The position numbers were made by a program, and so were the translations under genes. From NCBI GenBank assembly GCA_034432535.1, contig DAOUBR010000079.1, positions 20,290 to 84,289 of the forward strand: DNA of 64,000 bases, given 5' to 3'. Shown piece by piece: positions 54,233 to 63,941 of this stretch (position 1 is its first letter; each line of letters begins with the position of its first letter). Source of the stretch: Anaerolineales bacterium. GTDB lineage: Bacteria > Chloroflexota > Anaerolineae > Anaerolineales > Villigracilaceae. Below the pieces are notes generated by a model. It was given only the letters and a program-made list of their open reading frames with translations. It was not told where the DNA came from and ran no database searches.

Positions 54233-55226
54233 GTCGTCTCGCAGCGGAAAGAGCGCTCCATAAAAACGCCGCTCCCCAGGAAAGGTGCATGACGGAAGCG
54301 GCGAGCGGAAAGCCAAGAATCAGAAAAGGTTTGCGTTTTTGCGCGGCAAGCCGCAAGCCGGCGAGCGCGAGCGCAAAGAAATACAAAGTCAGTTGCGCCG
54401 CGAGCAGCCAGCGCGCCGCGGGCGTAAACAAGGATAACACAAGAAGCCCGAAAAGGCTTAAGACAAACAGCGGCGGAAGCGCCTGCCGCCAGCGCAGGGT
54501 GCGCGGATAACGCTTGAGCATTTGCAGCTTCCAAAAGCCGTAGCGCCAGTATTGCTTCGCTAACAGCCCCAGCGTGGCGCGCGCGAAATACGCCGAGCGG
54601 ATGGACGGGTCGAGCCAGACGGTTCCGCCCGATTGGCGCACGCGCGCGTTAAATTCGTAATCCTCGTTGGCGAGCAGGGTTTCGTCGAACATTCCAATTT
54701 TATCGAGCAGCGCGCGGCGAAAAGAGCCGAAGGGGACGGTGTCCACCGCGCCTTCTTTGGCGTTCAAACGGTAAAGCGCGTCGCCGACTCCCAGCGGATG
54801 AGCAGCGGCAAGGGCGATCGCTTCGGCAATCCAGGCGTTCGCCCCGGGGCGAATCTCCCACACGCCGCCGACGTTATCTCCCTTTCTGGCTTCGTGCGCG
54901 GCGACGCAGCGCTCGACGTATTCGGGAATGGGAATCGAATGCCCGTCCAGACGGACGATGATTTCCCCACGCGCGGCGCGCAGCGCTTGATTCAAGGCGG
55001 CGGGAATCGTCCCGGCGACGTTCTCCACGACGCGGATGGAAAGCTCGGGATGTTCCGCCTGAAACGCGGCGATGACTTCGCGCGTGCGGTCGGTGGACCT
55101 GCCGTCCGCAATCACCAGTTCGAGGCGTTCGCGCGGATAAGTTTGCGCGCAAACAGCCTCCAACAAATGACGGATGGAGGCTTCTTCGTTATAACAGGGG
55201 ACGATAATGGAGACAAAAGGCTTCAT
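54225..55226 (-). CDS. family-2 glycosyltransferase with C-terminal TM helices
   Basis: VSIIVPCYNEE N-terminus and a DxD-type region; 333 aa. Confidence 0.85.
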   Translation of the reverse strand: MKPFVSIIVPCYNEEASIRHLLEAVCAQTYPRERLELVIADGRSTDRTREVIAAFQAEHPELSIRVVENVAGTIPAALNQALRAARGEIIVRLDGHSIPIPEYVERCVAAHEARKGDNVGGVWEIRPGANAWIAEAIALAAAHPLGVGDALYRLNAKEGAVDTVPFGSFRRALLDKIGMFDETLLANEDYEFNARVRQSGGTVWLDPSIRSAYFARATLGLLAKQYWRYGFWKLQMLKRYPRTLRWRQALPPLFVLSLFGLLVLSLFTPAARWLLAAQLTLYFFALALAGLRLAAQKRKPFLILGFPLAASVMHLSWGAAFLWSALSAARRHG

Positions 55227-55244
55227 GACAGCAAGACAGCCACC

Positions 55245-56633
55245 TTAAAGGCGACTGTCGCCTTTATTATAAGGCAAAATTACCTCGAAAACAGTCCCCT
55301 GCCCTAATTCACTGCGGACGTTTATTTTTCCGCCGTGCGCGTGAACAATTTCGCGGGCGATAGCAAGCCCCAAGCCAGCCCCATGTTGTTTACCGCCTTT
55401 GCGGGCAAGGTCCGCCTGATAAAAACGCTCAAAGACGCGCGGCAGCGCGTCGGGCGCTATGCCTTCGCCCGTATCCTCGACGGAAACGGCAATGGCTTTT
55501 GGTTTCGCCTGCCCGCCGTCCGAGACCAGGGAAGCCCGCAGCGTAATCGTCCCGCCGCGGGGCGTAAACTTCAAAGCGTTATCCGTCAGATTAACGAAGA
55601 CTTGCGACAACCTGTCCCCGTCCGCGGTGATTTTCGGCAAATTTTCTTGCGCGGCGACGACAATCCGCACGCCCGCCCGCTGGGATTGCGGAGCGAATTT
55701 TTCGGCGACCGCGTTCAGCAGCGCGGGAAGATACACGGACGACATGGTAATCTCGGCTGTGCCAGCCTCCAACTTCGCCAGGTCGAGCAAGTCCGCCGCC
55801 ATACGATACATCCGCGCCGCTTCGTCGTAGATAATTTGCGCGGCATGGCGGCGCGCTTCGTCCGTTTCCGCCGTTCCGTCCAAAATTGCTTGCGCGAATC
55901 CTTGAATGGAAGTAAGCGGGGTCTTCAACTCGTGAGAGACGTTCGCCACAAAATCGCGCTGCGATTGTTGGCTGGCTTGCGCGCGCGTCACCATGGAGTT
56001 GTAAGCGCGGGTCAATTCCCGAACCTCTTGAGGACCCCGAAGGGAAATTTCCGCCGTTTGAGATTCCCGCGCGGCGGCGACAATCTTTTGCAGCGGGTCG
56101 GCAATCCAGCGGGAGACCAAAAAGGCAAGCGCCAGGGAAAGCGCTAAGGCGAGCAATCCGCTTTGAACGATGGCGGGCAGGAAATCGTCGGCGAAAATAT
56201 TGGCGATAGAAACGCGCGGGCGCGGAGCCGTTACGAGAAGAAAAGTTTTATCGGGCAATTTTTCTAACGAATACAGCCAGGCTGCGCCGTCGGAATCGCG
56301 CACGACGGGAATTTGCGAAAGCAGCCGCCTGCGCGGAAACGCCAGCGGAGGCTGCCCCTTCGCCGTGTCCCACATCAGCCTCCTATCGCTCGCAAACAGC
56401 AAGACGCGAACGTTTAAACTTTCCGCCGCTTCTCGCGCGGCGCTCTCGAGGGGTTGTTCCGCGCCGCGCTTGACGACGAGGGTTTGCGCCGCTTTTAAGT
56501 TCTGAACGGTCTGCCGATAAAGCAGCGGGCTTTGCAAGAGATAGAAAAATAAAATCAGCGCCGCGGCGCCCAACGCCGTAACGACGATGAAAGCGTAACT
56601 GAGCCAGAGGCGGACGCGAAGAGAAGAAAACAT
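55245..56633 (-). CDS. membrane sensor histidine kinase (HAMP-HisKA-HATPase)
   Basis: Two TM helices, H-box SHELKTPLTSI, G-box GAGLGLAI. Confidence 0.9.
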   Translation of the reverse strand: MFSSLRVRLWLSYAFIVVTALGAAALILFFYLLQSPLLYRQTVQNLKAAQTLVVKRGAEQPLESAAREAAESLNVRVLLFASDRRLMWDTAKGQPPLAFPRRRLLSQIPVVRDSDGAAWLYSLEKLPDKTFLLVTAPRPRVSIANIFADDFLPAIVQSGLLALALSLALAFLVSRWIADPLQKIVAAARESQTAEISLRGPQEVRELTRAYNSMVTRAQASQQSQRDFVANVSHELKTPLTSIQGFAQAILDGTAETDEARRHAAQIIYDEAARMYRMAADLLDLAKLEAGTAEITMSSVYLPALLNAVAEKFAPQSQRAGVRIVVAAQENLPKITADGDRLSQVFVNLTDNALKFTPRGGTITLRASLVSDGGQAKPKAIAVSVEDTGEGIAPDALPRVFERFYQADLARKGGKQHGAGLGLAIAREIVHAHGGKINVRSELGQGTVFEVILPYNKGDSRL

Positions 56634-56661
56634 AGGCGGGCTGCGAGAAGAAGCGCGAAAG

Positions 56662-57342
56662 CTAGGCGGTCAGTTTGTATCCGATTCCGGTGACCGTCTC
56701 AATTTTCGCGGAGCTCGCCTCAATTTTTTTGCGCAGATGAGCAATATGCACGTCCACCGTGCGCGTTTGACCGTAAAAATCAAATCCCCACGCTTGCTGC
56801 AACAGTTGTTCCCGCGTAAAAACCCGATTAGGCTGCCCGGCGAGAGTCCGCAGCAGTTCAAATTCCTGCGCCCGCAATTCAACGATTTGCGAGCCGACCC
56901 GAACTTCGCGCGTTAGAGGGTCAATCGTCAAATTGCCGCAGCGCAGGGGAGCGGAATCGGCGGGGGCGCTTCTTTGGCTGCGGCGAAGAATGGCTCTGGC
57001 GCGCGCGGTCAATTCGCGCGGGTTAAACGGCTTAGCGAGATAATCATCCGCCCCCAATTCCAGACCGAGTATCTTATCTATATCCTCATCCCGCGCGGTG
57101 AGCATGATGATAGGGGTCTGGTCGCCGCCGCCGCGCAGTTTGCGGCAGACCTCGAACCCATCCAGCCTGGGCAACATCACGTCCAGCACAATCAACGCGG
57201 GGCGATGGGCGCGCGCCGCCTCCAAAGCGGATTCTCCATCCCCCGCTTCCAGCGTGCGAAACCCTTCGCGCTCAAAATACATCCGCGCCAATTCGATAAT
57301 GGACGGCTCGTCGTCCACAAGCAGGATGAGTTCGGAAGTCAT
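56662..57342 (-). CDS. OmpR/PhoB-family response regulator
   Basis: Receiver motifs LLVDDEP and LDVMLP, plus a winged-helix C-terminus with VDVHIAHLRKKI. Confidence 0.9.
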   Translation of the reverse strand: MTSELILLVDDEPSIIELARMYFEREGFRTLEAGDGESALEAARAHRPALIVLDVMLPRLDGFEVCRKLRGGGDQTPIIMLTARDEDIDKILGLELGADDYLAKPFNPRELTARARAILRRSQRSAPADSAPLRCGNLTIDPLTREVRVGSQIVELRAQEFELLRTLAGQPNRVFTREQLLQQAWGFDFYGQTRTVDVHIAHLRKKIEASSAKIETVTGIGYKLTA

Positions 57343-57364
57343 AAAAAGCCCGGTTTCGGCGAAG

Positions 57365-57748
57365 TTAACCCAGCGTGGCGACCGCCTCGATTTCGACAAA
57401 CGCGCCCTTGGGAAGTTCGATCACCGTCACCGTGCTGCGGGCGGGCGGATTTTCCTTAAAGAATTCGGCGTACACCGCGTTCATCTTCGGAAAATCGCCC
57501 ATATCTTTCAAAAACACGGTGGTCTTGACGACCTTCGACATATCGGAGCCGGCGGCTTGCAGCACGGCGGCGATATTCTTCAACGCCTGACGGGTTTGCT
57601 CTTCCACGCCGCCTTCGATTAATTCGCCGCTGGAAGGGATAAGCCCAATCTGCCCCGCCGTATAAACCATCGTGTCCGTCGCAATGGCTTGCGAGTAGGG
57701 ACCAATCGCTTTCGGCGCGTTTTCGGTTTGAATGACTGTTCGTTTCAC
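57365..57748 (-). CDS. ridA: RidA/YjgF-family reactive-intermediate deaminase
   Basis: APKAIGPYSQA motif. GTG start at 57748 is preceded by GAGAGG. Confidence 0.85.
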   Translation of the reverse strand: MKRTVIQTENAPKAIGPYSQAIATDTMVYTAGQIGLIPSSGELIEGGVEEQTRQALKNIAAVLQAAGSDMSKVVKTTVFLKDMGDFPKMNAVYAEFFKENPPARSTVTVIELPKGAFVEIEAVATLG

Positions 57749-57832
57749 AGGCAACCTCTCTTTTTGAATGGGATTTGAAGGGAAGTATAAAGCCTTTGGA
57801 AAAATCATTCAATGTTCGCGCAGAAGGCAAAG

Positions 57833-58366
57833 TCACTCGCCGCGCGGATCCTGAGCGGGCTTGTTCACCTCGCGGAAGGCTTTCAACGCTTCGCGCAGCG
57901 CTTTGCCCGTTCCGCCGAGCGCGTTTTTAATTTCTTTGAATTTGCCTTGCGCCTCGCGCACGGTGGATTTGGCTTTTTCGGCGTCGGTCACTTTGCCGTC
58001 GGCGTCGAAGCCTTGACGCGAATTTATCAAGCCGTTCATGCTTTCGTAAATCGGCTTGGCTTTTTTCAACGCGGCGCGGAAGTTATCGAGCGCGGTCTGC
58101 ACGGCGGAAACGTCTTTGCCCGCTTCCTTCGCCTTATCAAGGCGCGCTTGCAGCTTATCTAAACGCGCGTCGCCGTCGTCGAACATCTTACCCATGCGCT
58201 CATAAAGTTTCAATTGGCGCGCCCAAATCGCCTCCAATTTTTCGTTGGAGAGTCCTTCTTTGGGCGGATTTTCGCTCTGCGCCAAGGCGCCCGCCGCGGG
58301 GAAAGCCGCGAGGAGAAGAGCGAGAATCAACCCGGCGAAAAACAATTGTTGAAACGTCTTTTTCAT
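57833..58366 (-). CDS. secreted alpha-helical protein, hypothetical
   Basis: Signal peptide MKKTFQQLFFAGLILALLLAAFPAAGALA followed by a K/A/E-rich helical region. Confidence 0.6.
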   Translation of the reverse strand: MKKTFQQLFFAGLILALLLAAFPAAGALAQSENPPKEGLSNEKLEAIWARQLKLYERMGKMFDDGDARLDKLQARLDKAKEAGKDVSAVQTALDNFRAALKKAKPIYESMNGLINSRQGFDADGKVTDAEKAKSTVREAQGKFKEIKNALGGTGKALREALKAFREVNKPAQDPRGE

Positions 58367-58451
58367 CGTAAACCTCCTTTCAGGTTACGATTTCATTCTA
58401 GGCGGTCGAAGTTAAGCGCGCGTAGCGCGGATGTAAACAAGTTGTAAAATC

Positions 58452-59330
58452 TCACTTGACGTAGACGCCGAAGTGATTCGCCACCGGTCTTTCGCGCAGG
58501 GGAATGTAATTGTCAATTGGAGAGTTGAGCAAAACAGGCGCGCCGTTCTCGTCCGCCATGACCATCGTAGAAGAGCCGCCGCCGTCGAGGCTCATGGCGT
58601 AATAGGCGCCGAGGCTTTTCATCAGTTCGGCGAGCTCTAAAAAGGTCGCGCCGTCGCTGTAAAAAGGCTGTCTGCCGTCCACGACGACGAGATAAATCCA
58701 GCGCCCGTTTTTGTTCGTTCCGACGGCGGTGCGCGGGTCGGTTTTGGTATCGTCCAGACTGGGGAGAATCTCCCCGCCCTGAATCAGCATTCGGTCGCCC
58801 GATATGGCGTGAAAGAGTTTGCTCGGCTTGCGATTAAAGATAATCTCGTTGCGACGACTGACGTACATGGTCGGCTCTTGCGCCGGGTCTTGCAAGCCGG
58901 TTGCGTACGCCTTGCCGCGCGAGGCGGCGTATCCGTTGGGCGTGACCGGGTCGCCGACGCGCGGATAATAATCCGCCGGGCTGCGCGACCACCAGGGGAA
59001 AAACCCATCGCCGTTGATTGCGACTTTCAAATCAAACTCGTCCAAAAACTGCGAGGTGGTTCGGGCTTTGAGCGCGCCGCCTTTAATTTTATCCGGCGGG
59101 GTGACAAAGAGATGCAGCCCCTTCGTCTTTTTATCAATCACGACGACGTGGGCAATCATGGCGTGGGGGAAATAGCGGACAATGCGGCGGTAGGTTATGC
59201 CCGGCGCGATTTCCTGCTTGTGCGGCACGGGCGCGGGTCGTCCGCTGACGAGCCGCGCGTACCCGTAGGCGAGCGCAGCCAGAATCAGCAGCGGCGGTAA
59301 GACGAATTTCATCGCCGTTTTTAAACGCAT
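58452..59330 (-). CDS. phosphodiester glycosidase family protein (DUF2233)
   Basis: N-terminal anchor, then INGDGF and SLDGGGSSTM motifs. An alternative ATG at 59354 sits only 7 nt from the upstream terminator. Confidence 0.7.
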   Translation of the reverse strand: MRLKTAMKFVLPPLLILAALAYGYARLVSGRPAPVPHKQEIAPGITYRRIVRYFPHAMIAHVVVIDKKTKGLHLFVTPPDKIKGGALKARTTSQFLDEFDLKVAINGDGFFPWWSRSPADYYPRVGDPVTPNGYAASRGKAYATGLQDPAQEPTMYVSRRNEIIFNRKPSKLFHAISGDRMLIQGGEILPSLDDTKTDPRTAVGTNKNGRWIYLVVVDGRQPFYSDGATFLELAELMKSLGAYYAMSLDGGGSSTMVMADENGAPVLLNSPIDNYIPLRERPVANHFGVYVK

Positions 59331-59360
59331 GGTTGAATTGTAACGGCGAAACATGAAGCC

Positions 59361-59394
59361 AAAATAAAAAGGGACGGGCGCGAAACCCGTCCCT
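59361..59394 (-). terminator. rho-independent terminator after the DUF1385 gene
   Basis: Minus strand GGGACGGG-tttcgcg-CCCGTCCC followed by TTTTTATTTT. Confidence 0.7.
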
Positions 59395-59427
59395 GCCTTG
59401 TGAGAATACGCCGCGCGGCGGCGGGGC

Positions 59428-60318
59428 TTACAGCGAAAATTCCCGCTCGGCTTTTTGCATGGATTGAAAAGACCGAATCGCCACTTCTAACATCGCGCGG
59501 TCGGGGACGCGCGTGGTCAGGCGCTGCAAAGCGAGGTTAGGCTTAATCAGCCAGCGGACGAAGGGATTCTCAAGGTGATTCGCCGTCCAGCGAATGTATT
59601 CCACCGCCACGCCCGCCAGCAGCGGAAGGAACAAGACCCGCGTCGCCAGCCGCCAGAAGAGCGGCAAAGGTCCCAGCGCGGAAAAGACCAGAATGGAAAG
59701 CAAAACCAGCGTGAGCAAAAAAGCCGTGCCGCAGCGGGCATGCTCGATGGGATATTGCGCCACCGTTTCAGGCGTCAGTTCCGCCCCGGCTTCGTAAGCG
59801 TTGATGGTCTTATGCTCCGCGCCGTGATACATAAAGAGCCGATTCACTTCGGGCATGAAGCCGATAGCCCAAACGTAGCCTATCAGCAGGGCGAGCCGCA
59901 AGACGCCTTCCAGCAGGTTGTTCCACCACGCGTTCCAGCCGAGGTAATGTTCCGCCGCGCCGCCGACAGCCGCCGGCAGAAGGAAGAACAACCCAACGCC
60001 AAATGCGAGCGAAAAAGCCAGCGTCAGGTAAAGCGGCGCGCCTTCCAGTTTTTCGTCTTCGCCCGATTGCACGTTCGCGGAAAGAGTCAGGGCGCGCATT
60101 CCCAAGCCGAGCGCGTCCCACAGCAAAATAACGCCGCGCAGGAAAGGGATGCGCGCGACGGCGGAGCTGTAAATGCCCGCCAGTTTTTCGACGTGAACGG
60201 CAATGCTGCCGTCGGGCGCGCGCATGGCGACGGCATACGCCTTTTGTCCGCGCATTAGCACGCCCTCAATGACCGCCTGCCCGCCGTAGGTGATAATTCG
60301 GTCTTCCATATTCTCCAA
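59428..60318 (-). CDS. DUF1385-domain membrane protein (YqhQ-like)
   Basis: The YGGQAVIEGVLMRG N-terminal motif and the HGAEHK motif are characteristic of DUF1385. Confidence 0.8.
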   Translation of the reverse strand: MENMEDRIITYGGQAVIEGVLMRGQKAYAVAMRAPDGSIAVHVEKLAGIYSSAVARIPFLRGVILLWDALGLGMRALTLSANVQSGEDEKLEGAPLYLTLAFSLAFGVGLFFLLPAAVGGAAEHYLGWNAWWNNLLEGVLRLALLIGYVWAIGFMPEVNRLFMYHGAEHKTINAYEAGAELTPETVAQYPIEHARCGTAFLLTLVLLSILVFSALGPLPLFWRLATRVLFLPLLAGVAVEYIRWTANHLENPFVRWLIKPNLALQRLTTRVPDRAMLEVAIRSFQSMQKAEREFSL

Positions 60319-60321
60319 AAC

Positions 60322-61689
60322 TTACTTCATATTGAAAAAGAAATGAACGAACATCTCAATGTTGCGCCGCCACGTCGGCAGGTGCATACGCTCGTTGGGA
60401 GAGTGGACGTTATCATCCGGCAAGCCGCCGCCCACCAATCCAGATTCCACGCCGCACAGATTTTGCAGCAACGCCACCACGCCAATCGAGCCGCCTTCGC
60501 GGCGGTAGAGCGGCGCTTTGCCCCAAACTGTTTCCATCGCCTGATGCAGCGCGCGGACTCCGGCGGTATTCATATCCGTAATCGCCCAAGGGCTGTTGTG
60601 TAGCGGCTTCACTTCCCATTTAATCGTCTTCGGCGCGTTCAATTCCATGTATCTTACCAGCTGCTTGTGAACTTCTTCGGGGTTCTGATCCGGCACGAGG
60701 CGGCAGGAAATCTTCGCCATCGCCTGAGCGGGCAGCACGGTCTTCGAGCCGGGGCCCGTCCAGCCGGAGAGCAAACCGTTCACTTCCAGCGTGGGGCGGG
60801 CGCCGACGCGCAACGCGGGCGTGTATTCCTTTTCGCCCCACAAGGCGGGAACTCCGGTTTGCTTCAAGTAGCTTGCGGGCGTGGTGGGCAGTTTCGCCGT
60901 CTCTTCGCGCTCGCGTTCGGTCACCGGGCGGACGGAATCGTAAAAGCCGGGCAGAGTCACCGTTCCGTTTGAGTCGTGCATACCGGCAATCAGTTCCGCC
61001 AACGCTTGCGCGGGATTATGCACCGTTCCCCCGAACAAGCCGGAATGTAAATCCTGCGCGGGACCGAAGACGCGCAATTCAAAGTAAGCCAGCCCGCGCA
61101 AGCCGAATGTGATGGTCGGCTCTTCGGGCGAAATCATGCCCGCGTCGGGGTTGAGACAAAAATCGGCTTTGAACAGCTCTTTATGCTTTTCCAAAAACGC
61201 GGGCAGGTTTTCCGAGCCGATTTCTTCCTCGCCTTCCAGCAGGAACTTCAAATTGACGGGGAACGCGCCGCTCCGCATGATGGATTCAATCGCGTTCAAG
61301 ACCGCCATCAACTGTCCCTTCATGTCGGAAGAGCCGCGCGCGTAAAGATAATCGCCCTTCAGCGCCGCTTCAAAGGGCGGAGTCTCCCACTGCTCGACGG
61401 GGTCCACCGGCTGCACGTCGTAATGACCGTAAACCAAAACGGTCGGCGCGCCGGGCTGTTTGAGAAATTCGCCGTACACGACGGGATGCCTGCCGGTTTC
61501 CATCAGGCGGACGTTTTCAATTCCGAATTTTCGCAAATGAGCGGCAGCCCATTCGGCGGCTTGACGAACTTTGTCTTTGTAGTCGTCGTCGGTTGAAATG
61601 GATTCAATGGCGAGGAATTCGGACAATTCCTTGATAAAGCGCCCGTCGTTGGCGCGGGCGTATTCAATTGCTTGCAAAGCAGCGGACAT
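60322..61689 (-). CDS. M20-family dipeptidase
   Basis: 455 aa with M20 metal-binding pattern (HYDVQP, GRGSSDMKG, EGEEEIGS). Confidence 0.85.
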   Translation of the reverse strand: MSAALQAIEYARANDGRFIKELSEFLAIESISTDDDYKDKVRQAAEWAAAHLRKFGIENVRLMETGRHPVVYGEFLKQPGAPTVLVYGHYDVQPVDPVEQWETPPFEAALKGDYLYARGSSDMKGQLMAVLNAIESIMRSGAFPVNLKFLLEGEEEIGSENLPAFLEKHKELFKADFCLNPDAGMISPEEPTITFGLRGLAYFELRVFGPAQDLHSGLFGGTVHNPAQALAELIAGMHDSNGTVTLPGFYDSVRPVTEREREETAKLPTTPASYLKQTGVPALWGEKEYTPALRVGARPTLEVNGLLSGWTGPGSKTVLPAQAMAKISCRLVPDQNPEEVHKQLVRYMELNAPKTIKWEVKPLHNSPWAITDMNTAGVRALHQAMETVWGKAPLYRREGGSIGVVALLQNLCGVESGLVGGGLPDDNVHSPNERMHLPTWRRNIEMFVHFFFNMK

Positions 61690-61695
61690 GAAAAT

Positions 61696-62181
61696 TTACT
61701 CCTTTAATTTTCCAAAAAGATACCAGAACGTCGCGCGCGAAAAATTTTGCGCGGGGACGTCGCGCCAGACAAATTCGCCTTCCCTGAAAACGCTTTGCAA
61801 AAACAGATCCGAATCGCACCGTTCCTGACCGAGCAGAGTGAGCATGGCGCGCAAACGGACGTTTTGCGGATACAGCCGCGCGGCTTCGAGCGGGTCGTCG
61901 CGGTATTCCGCCAGATAGTCGAGCCATAAGCGATAGCGAGATGGAATCTCGCGGGCAGCCTTCGCCTCCCAAGCGGAACGGCGCGCCTCGCGCAGCGTTT
62001 CGACCCGCGCGCGGAACGCTTCCGCCCGCGGCCCTTCCCGCGCGAGCGCCAGCAAGATTCCGCCTAAGGTCAGTTGGGGCAAGCGCGCGCCAAGCGGATA
62101 ATACAATTGATTGGAAAGCAGGTAAGTCTCCAATTCGGGGACTGCCGCTTTAAGATATTCAAGGTCGGCGCTGGAAGTCAT
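61696..62181 (-). CDS. hypothetical protein (161 aa)
   Basis: ATG 62181 has a purine-rich SD-like stretch (GAGGCAGGG). The longer 246-aa ORF overlaps the upstream gene. Confidence 0.5.
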   Translation of the reverse strand: MTSSADLEYLKAAVPELETYLLSNQLYYPLGARLPQLTLGGILLALAREGPRAEAFRARVETLREARRSAWEAKAAREIPSRYRLWLDYLAEYRDDPLEAARLYPQNVRLRAMLTLLGQERCDSDLFLQSVFREGEFVWRDVPAQNFSRATFWYLFGKLKE

Positions 62182-62188
62182 CCCTGCC

Positions 62189-63871
62189 TCACGGGGCGGA
62201 AGTCGGCTCTTCGAGCGAGCGGCGCGTGACCAGATACCATTGCGGCAGGGTGGCGACGCGGTCGCTGGTGTCGTAAAGGGGCGGCATTTGCACGCCCAGG
62301 GTTTGCGCGTCCACGCCAAAGGAGTAAACGGGGTAATATAAAGGCAGGGAAGGAAGTTCCTTGGCGAAGACCACCTGAAAGTTGCGATACAGGCGCGCGC
62401 GAATTTCAAAATCGGCGGAAGTGCGAGCGGTTTCAAGGAATTCGCTCGCGGCGCGATTATCCCATTGGGAGTAATTCTGCCCGCCCGTCGCTTCGGCTTG
62501 ATGCCAGAAGAGGTACGGGTCGGGGTCGGGCGTGCGCGCGGTGTTCAAATCCGCCAGCGCGGCTTGATAGTTGCGGGAGGCGAGAAAATCGTTAATTAGC
62601 GAATCGTAGGGGACGGGCTGCAAGTTCGCCTTGACGCCAATCGCCGCCCAGTTCGCTTGAAGCATTTGCGCGATTTGCGCGTGCGTTTCGTCGGCAGGAT
62701 GCAGCAACGTAAATTCCAGCGGGATTCCGTCTTTGGCGCGAACTTCGCCCCCGCCGGCGGGAAGAACGTATCCCGCGCTCTTCAACAGGCTGACCGCCGC
62801 TTCGGGGTCGTATTCGTATTGCTTGATTTCATCGTAATACGCCCACGAGTTGGGCAAAATGGGACCATGCGCGACGATTCCCTGCCCTTTCAGCGCGCGC
62901 GCGATGATCGCCGGGCGATTCGTTCCAAGTAAGAGCGCCTGCCGCACTTTCGCGTCTTGAAAAAACACCACGGTGGGATTGTTAAGATTCAAAAACGCCA
63001 ATCCCAATTGCGGCATACGGCTGGAATACACCGAGAGGTTCGGTTCGGCGAGCGCGCGGGGAAGAAAGTCGGGAGTCAGGCGGCTGATTCCCATCACCTC
63101 GCCTTGCTCGTAGGCGTCCAACGCGGAAGACGAATCGGGATAGTAGCGGAAGACGACCTCTTCAATGTAGGCGCGGGGGAGATAGTAATTCTCGTTGGCG
63201 AGCAATTTCACGCCGACAATTTGCCCGCCGCTGACGAGCAGCTCGCCGAATTTGTAGGGCCCCGAACCGACGGGCTTCAAGTTAAATTCGGCGTTCGCCA
63301 GCTGGTCGGCGGGGACGTTTTGCAGCAGATGTTTCGGCAGCACGCCAAAAGAGACGTAATCTAAAAACGGGGCGAACGGCTCCGGCAGGCGAACTTGAAA
63401 GGTTTTGTCGTCCAGCTTGCGAAGTTCCACTTCCGTCCACAAGTCTTTAATATCTTGCGGGAAGAGCGAGCCGGGGCTTTTTATCAGCTCGATGGTGAAG
63501 AAAACGTCGTCCGTCGTCACCGGCTGCCCATCATGCCAGACCGCGTAAGGGCGGATGGAGAAGTTATACACCGTGCCGTCGGCGGAAGTTCCCCAAGATT
63601 CCGCCAAATCGGGCTGGGGGAACCCGCGCGCGTCAAAGCGAATCAAGCCGCTGAACAGCAAGCGGTTCACGTCGCGGTCGGCGGGGTTGTTCCAATCCAG
63701 CATGGGATTCAACCTGCCCATCGCGCCAATCAGCGCTTCGGCGTACACGCCGCCGGGCGCCGCCACAGGCAAGATGGGCAAATTCACCGGCTGCGATTGG
63801 GTGAGCAGCAACGCCGCCACCACCGCCGCAGTGACGGCGACGACCAGAATTTGCCAGCGTAGTTTCTTCAT
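62189..63871 (-). CDS. ABC transporter substrate-binding protein, family 5 (peptide/nickel)
   Basis: Signal/anchor MKKLRWQILVVAVTAAVVAALLL followed by an SBP_bac_5-like body. The ORF is open upstream to the window edge, but ATG 63871 follows a terminator. Confidence 0.85.
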   Translation of the reverse strand: MKKLRWQILVVAVTAAVVAALLLTQSQPVNLPILPVAAPGGVYAEALIGAMGRLNPMLDWNNPADRDVNRLLFSGLIRFDARGFPQPDLAESWGTSADGTVYNFSIRPYAVWHDGQPVTTDDVFFTIELIKSPGSLFPQDIKDLWTEVELRKLDDKTFQVRLPEPFAPFLDYVSFGVLPKHLLQNVPADQLANAEFNLKPVGSGPYKFGELLVSGGQIVGVKLLANENYYLPRAYIEEVVFRYYPDSSSALDAYEQGEVMGISRLTPDFLPRALAEPNLSVYSSRMPQLGLAFLNLNNPTVVFFQDAKVRQALLLGTNRPAIIARALKGQGIVAHGPILPNSWAYYDEIKQYEYDPEAAVSLLKSAGYVLPAGGGEVRAKDGIPLEFTLLHPADETHAQIAQMLQANWAAIGVKANLQPVPYDSLINDFLASRNYQAALADLNTARTPDPDPYLFWHQAEATGGQNYSQWDNRAASEFLETARTSADFEIRARLYRNFQVVFAKELPSLPLYYPVYSFGVDAQTLGVQMPPLYDTSDRVATLPQWYLVTRRSLEEPTSAP

Positions 63872-63928
63872 AGCGAGAAAAATAAAGAAAGCCGCCGCCT
63901 CGCGTCGAGGACCTGCGGCGGCTTTCTT
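63872..63928 (-). terminator. rho-independent terminator of the gene entering from the right edge
   Basis: Perfect 14-bp stem AAGAAAGCCGCCGC / GCGGCGGCTTTCTT, followed on the minus strand by TATTTTTC. Confidence 0.7.
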
Positions 63929-63941
63929 AAACAGTTTAGCG

